Shown: positions 61,001 to 64,000 of the stretch, one piece after another | How the letters are laid out: every line of letters starts with the position of its first letter | Numbering within the stretch: the first letter of the stretch is position 1 | DNA from: Eledone cirrhosa | Lineage: Eukaryota | Length of the DNA: 64,000 nt | NCBI GenBank assembly: GCA_964016885.1 | Contig: OZ024740.1 | Location: forward strand, 149,482,001 to 149,546,000 | Direction: 5' to 3' | Made by a program: the position numbers and the translations under genes | The notes under the pieces: generated by a model | The model's database searches: none | The model's input: only the letters and a program-made list of their open reading frames with translations | What the model was told of the DNA's origin: nothing

Positions 61001-64000
61001 GGGAGACCGGATCTCTTCATCACTTCAACATGCAACCCTAAGTGGAATGAAATTACCGCGGAATTATTCCCCGGACAAAGGGCGTCAGACAGACACGACC
61101 TTACGGCACGAGTCTTTCACTTGAAGCTGACAAAACTTATTGAAATCCTAAAATCAGGTAAGGCCTTTGGACCTGTTAGGTGCTACTTATACACCGTTGA
61201 GTGGCAAAAGAGATGCCTGCCACACGCTCACCTACTCATTTGGCTGATAACGAAAATCAACGCAAGCAGCATTGACAGCATCATTTCAGCAGAAATACCC
61301 GACCCGAAATTGGACAGAGAACTCCACAACATCGTCACTGCTCACATGGTTCATGGGCCATGCGGAAACGGTTTCAACATGAATTCTCCATGCATTAAAG
61401 AAAGAAGGTGCACCAAGAGGTATCCAAGGCCATTCCTCCGAGAAACTCAGACAGGTGATGACGGTTACCCATTATACCGCCGCAGGGAGCCAGCGGACGG
61501 AGGGATTGTTGCGAAAATACCACATCACAACGTCGGCAACCGGTGGATTGTACCCTACTGCCCACTTCTGCTGAAATTGTTTAACACCCACATTAACTCC
61601 GACAAATCGATAAAGTACGTCTGCAAGTACATCAATAAGGGGTCCGATCCTGCGTCCTTCGATCTTACAATGGAGAACAACCGAGACGAAGTAACTCGAT
61701 ACCAGGTCGGCCGATACATCAGCAGCAATGAAGCGTTCTGGCGATTCTTCCACTTTGCAATACACCATAACTACCCCCCAATCAAACAGTTGGCGGTGCA
61801 CCTTGAAAACGGTCAAAGAGTCTACTTCACCGCCTCTACCGCTGCTGAGATAGCAGAGGAACCCAAGGACACCACACTTCCGGCATTTTTTAAGTTATGC
61901 CGAAACGATCCCTTCGCCAAGATCATCTTCTACTCTCAGGTGCCATCATACTACACATGGAACATAGACAACATAATTTGGTTAAGAAGTGTGAAAGGAC
62001 AACCCGTCGAGGGACATCCAGACATTAAAATGTCCCTTACCCTTGGGAGAGTCTACACAATACATCCTAACCAACAGGAATGCTTTTATCTCCGCCTTCT
62101 ACTGCATGATGTGGTAGGATCGACATCTTTCGATGATCTGAAAACAATCAACGGAGAGCTTTGTACCTCATTCCGCGCAGCCTGCCTTAGACGAGGTCTA
62201 CTGGAAGATGGCGCTCAGTGGGATGCGACATCGGCGGAGGCAGCTACAATAGCTCAGCGCGAACTCTTCGGCAACTCTTTGCGGTGCTACTGCAGACATG
62301 CGAGTTAAGCGACCCTGCATCCTTATGGGAGAAATACTAAGAGGACCTTTCCGATGACTACATACACCAAGGACAACTGCTACTCCCTCATTCCGGCGTA
62401 CCAATCAGCGACGAATTCTTCAACAAAGCTCTCATTGACATCGAGAACAAAATCCTAACTGCCGGGGGAAATGACTTTCCATTCTATGAACTGCCAAAAG
62501 TTCAGCGAACGGGCTCCGACAAACTTCCGACGGGAATAATTCATGAAACTGCCTACGACGTCCACGCCCTCGAACTGTTCATCAACGAAAACGAGCCGAA
62601 ATTGTTGCAGGACCAACGGCGGGCGTATGACACAGTTTGCACTTCCATTCATGAACGCAGAGGAGGTATCTTCTTTTTGGACGCCCCAGGAGGAACTGGT
62701 AAAACATTCATCAATAAACTCCTCCTCGCCAAAGTGCGACAGCAGAAAGGAATCGCCCTGGCTGTGGCTTCTTCTGGCATTGCCGCAACTCTGCTGCCCG
62801 GAGGTAGGACAGCTCATTCCGCATTTAAACTGCCATTGAACACGACTTCAGACGACACAATAACCTGCAATATCACCAAGGACTCTGACAAAGCAGAAGT
62901 CTTGAAAAGATGCCACCTAATTGTGTGGGACGAATGCACAATGGCCCATAAAGGGTCCCTTGAGGCGTTAGACAGGACCCTACGAGACATCAGGGAATGC
63001 AACCGGTCGATGGGAGGAGTACCTCTACTGCTGTCTGGCGATTTTCGACAAACTCTTCCAGTTGTTCCAGGGCCGACACTGTGGGGGCTTGCATTAAGTC
63101 ATCTCCCCTGTGGCAGGAAGTGACAATCCTGACCCTCACAACAAACATGAGAGCCCAACTGCTCGGCGACCATTCAGCAGCCGACTTCTCAAAGGACCTC
63201 TTAAGAGTTGGTGACGGCACTGCACCTTCAGATGCAGCTGGAGAAATGGCAGTCTCGCAAGTAGGCACCGTTGTCGACACTGTTGACGACCTCACAGCCT
63301 CTGTCTTTCCCGATATGGCGACCAACTACAAAAACAAGAGTTGGCTCGAGTTGGCTCCGATAGAGCCATATTGGCTCCCAAAAATGTCTCAGTTGCAATA
63401 ATCAATAAGGACCTTCTGCAACGCATTCCTGGAAACCTCCGTACCTACAAATATGTGGACAAAGTGGTGGACAAAGATGAGGTTGACGATTTTCCAACAG
63501 AATTCCTCAATTCCTTGGACCTCTCTGGACTGCCACCTCATGAACTGCGCGTCAAAGTTGGGACTCCAGTGATGCTGTTGAGGAACCTGGAACCACCACG
63601 TCTCTGCAATGGAACACGGTTAGTGGTAAGAAACCTCCTGCCGCATGTAATTGAAGCCACAATTCTCACGGGCTGCAGCGCTGGTGAAGACGTCTTCATA
63701 CCCAGAATACCATTAACTCCATCAGGTTTGGAATGTCCCTATACTCTGCGCCGACTTCAATTCCCCGTTAAACTTTGCTCCGCGATGTCAATCAACAAGT
63801 CCCAAGGCCAAACGCTATCAATGGCAGGCCTGCATTTAGCCCAGCCGTGCTTCTCACACGGCCAATTATACGTCGCATGCTCAAGAGTGGGATGCAAGCA
63901 GAACTTATTCATACTTGCGCCCAAAGGCAGAACAAAAAATGTGGTCTACAGAGAGGTGTGGTGACTCCTCTATACAGCACCACTGCAGTCTTGCCGGTCT
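58055..64000 (+). mobile_element. Helitron with frameshifted Rep/helicase (59378-63964); 3' end lies outside the window
   Basis: A|TCTCTCTATATATAAAA 5' end; N-terminal ~23-aa Arg/Ala repeats; zinc finger remnant; HUH motif EWQKRCLPHAH; Y2 motif YVCKYINK; PIF1 motifs DAPGGTGKT, DECTM, GDFRQ, SINKSQGQT, HGQLYVACSRV. Confidence 0.95.
58251..58538. repeat. 110-bp tandem repeat (2.6 copies) inside the Helitron 5' region
   Basis: Units start at 58251, 58361 and 58471 (taaccctctc...). Confidence 0.95.

Overview
AT-rich, intron-scale animal DNA, most likely an octopod cephalopod (inferred from the SINE families and microsatellite load). No prokaryotic features or CRISPR arrays are visible. The only host coding sequence I can support is two paralogous minus-strand first coding exons of a claudin/PMP22-family (pickel/Megatrachea-like) protein, at 10278-10548 and 14570-14825. 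Both end in the same phase-1 T|GTAAGT donor and I found no downstream exons between them, which suggests a variable-first-exon/shared-constant-region layout. The rest is mostly transposons: a Penelope-like element with inverted hammerhead-bearing pseudo-LTRs; a second PLE-like family whose hammerhead-like motif has an unusually large branched stem II; a 2.4-kb non-autonomous LTR element with TSD and tRNA-Trp PBS; a near full-length CRE-type element with a PHD-like finger; a full-length Tx1/L1 inside (AAT)n; RTE copies, many tRNA-derived SINEs, mariner/pogo/hAT relics and a Helitron running off the right end. There are also several near-perfect inverted repeats, with arms of 54, 127, about 155 and about 653 bp. 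All calls were made by eye, without database searches or folding software.
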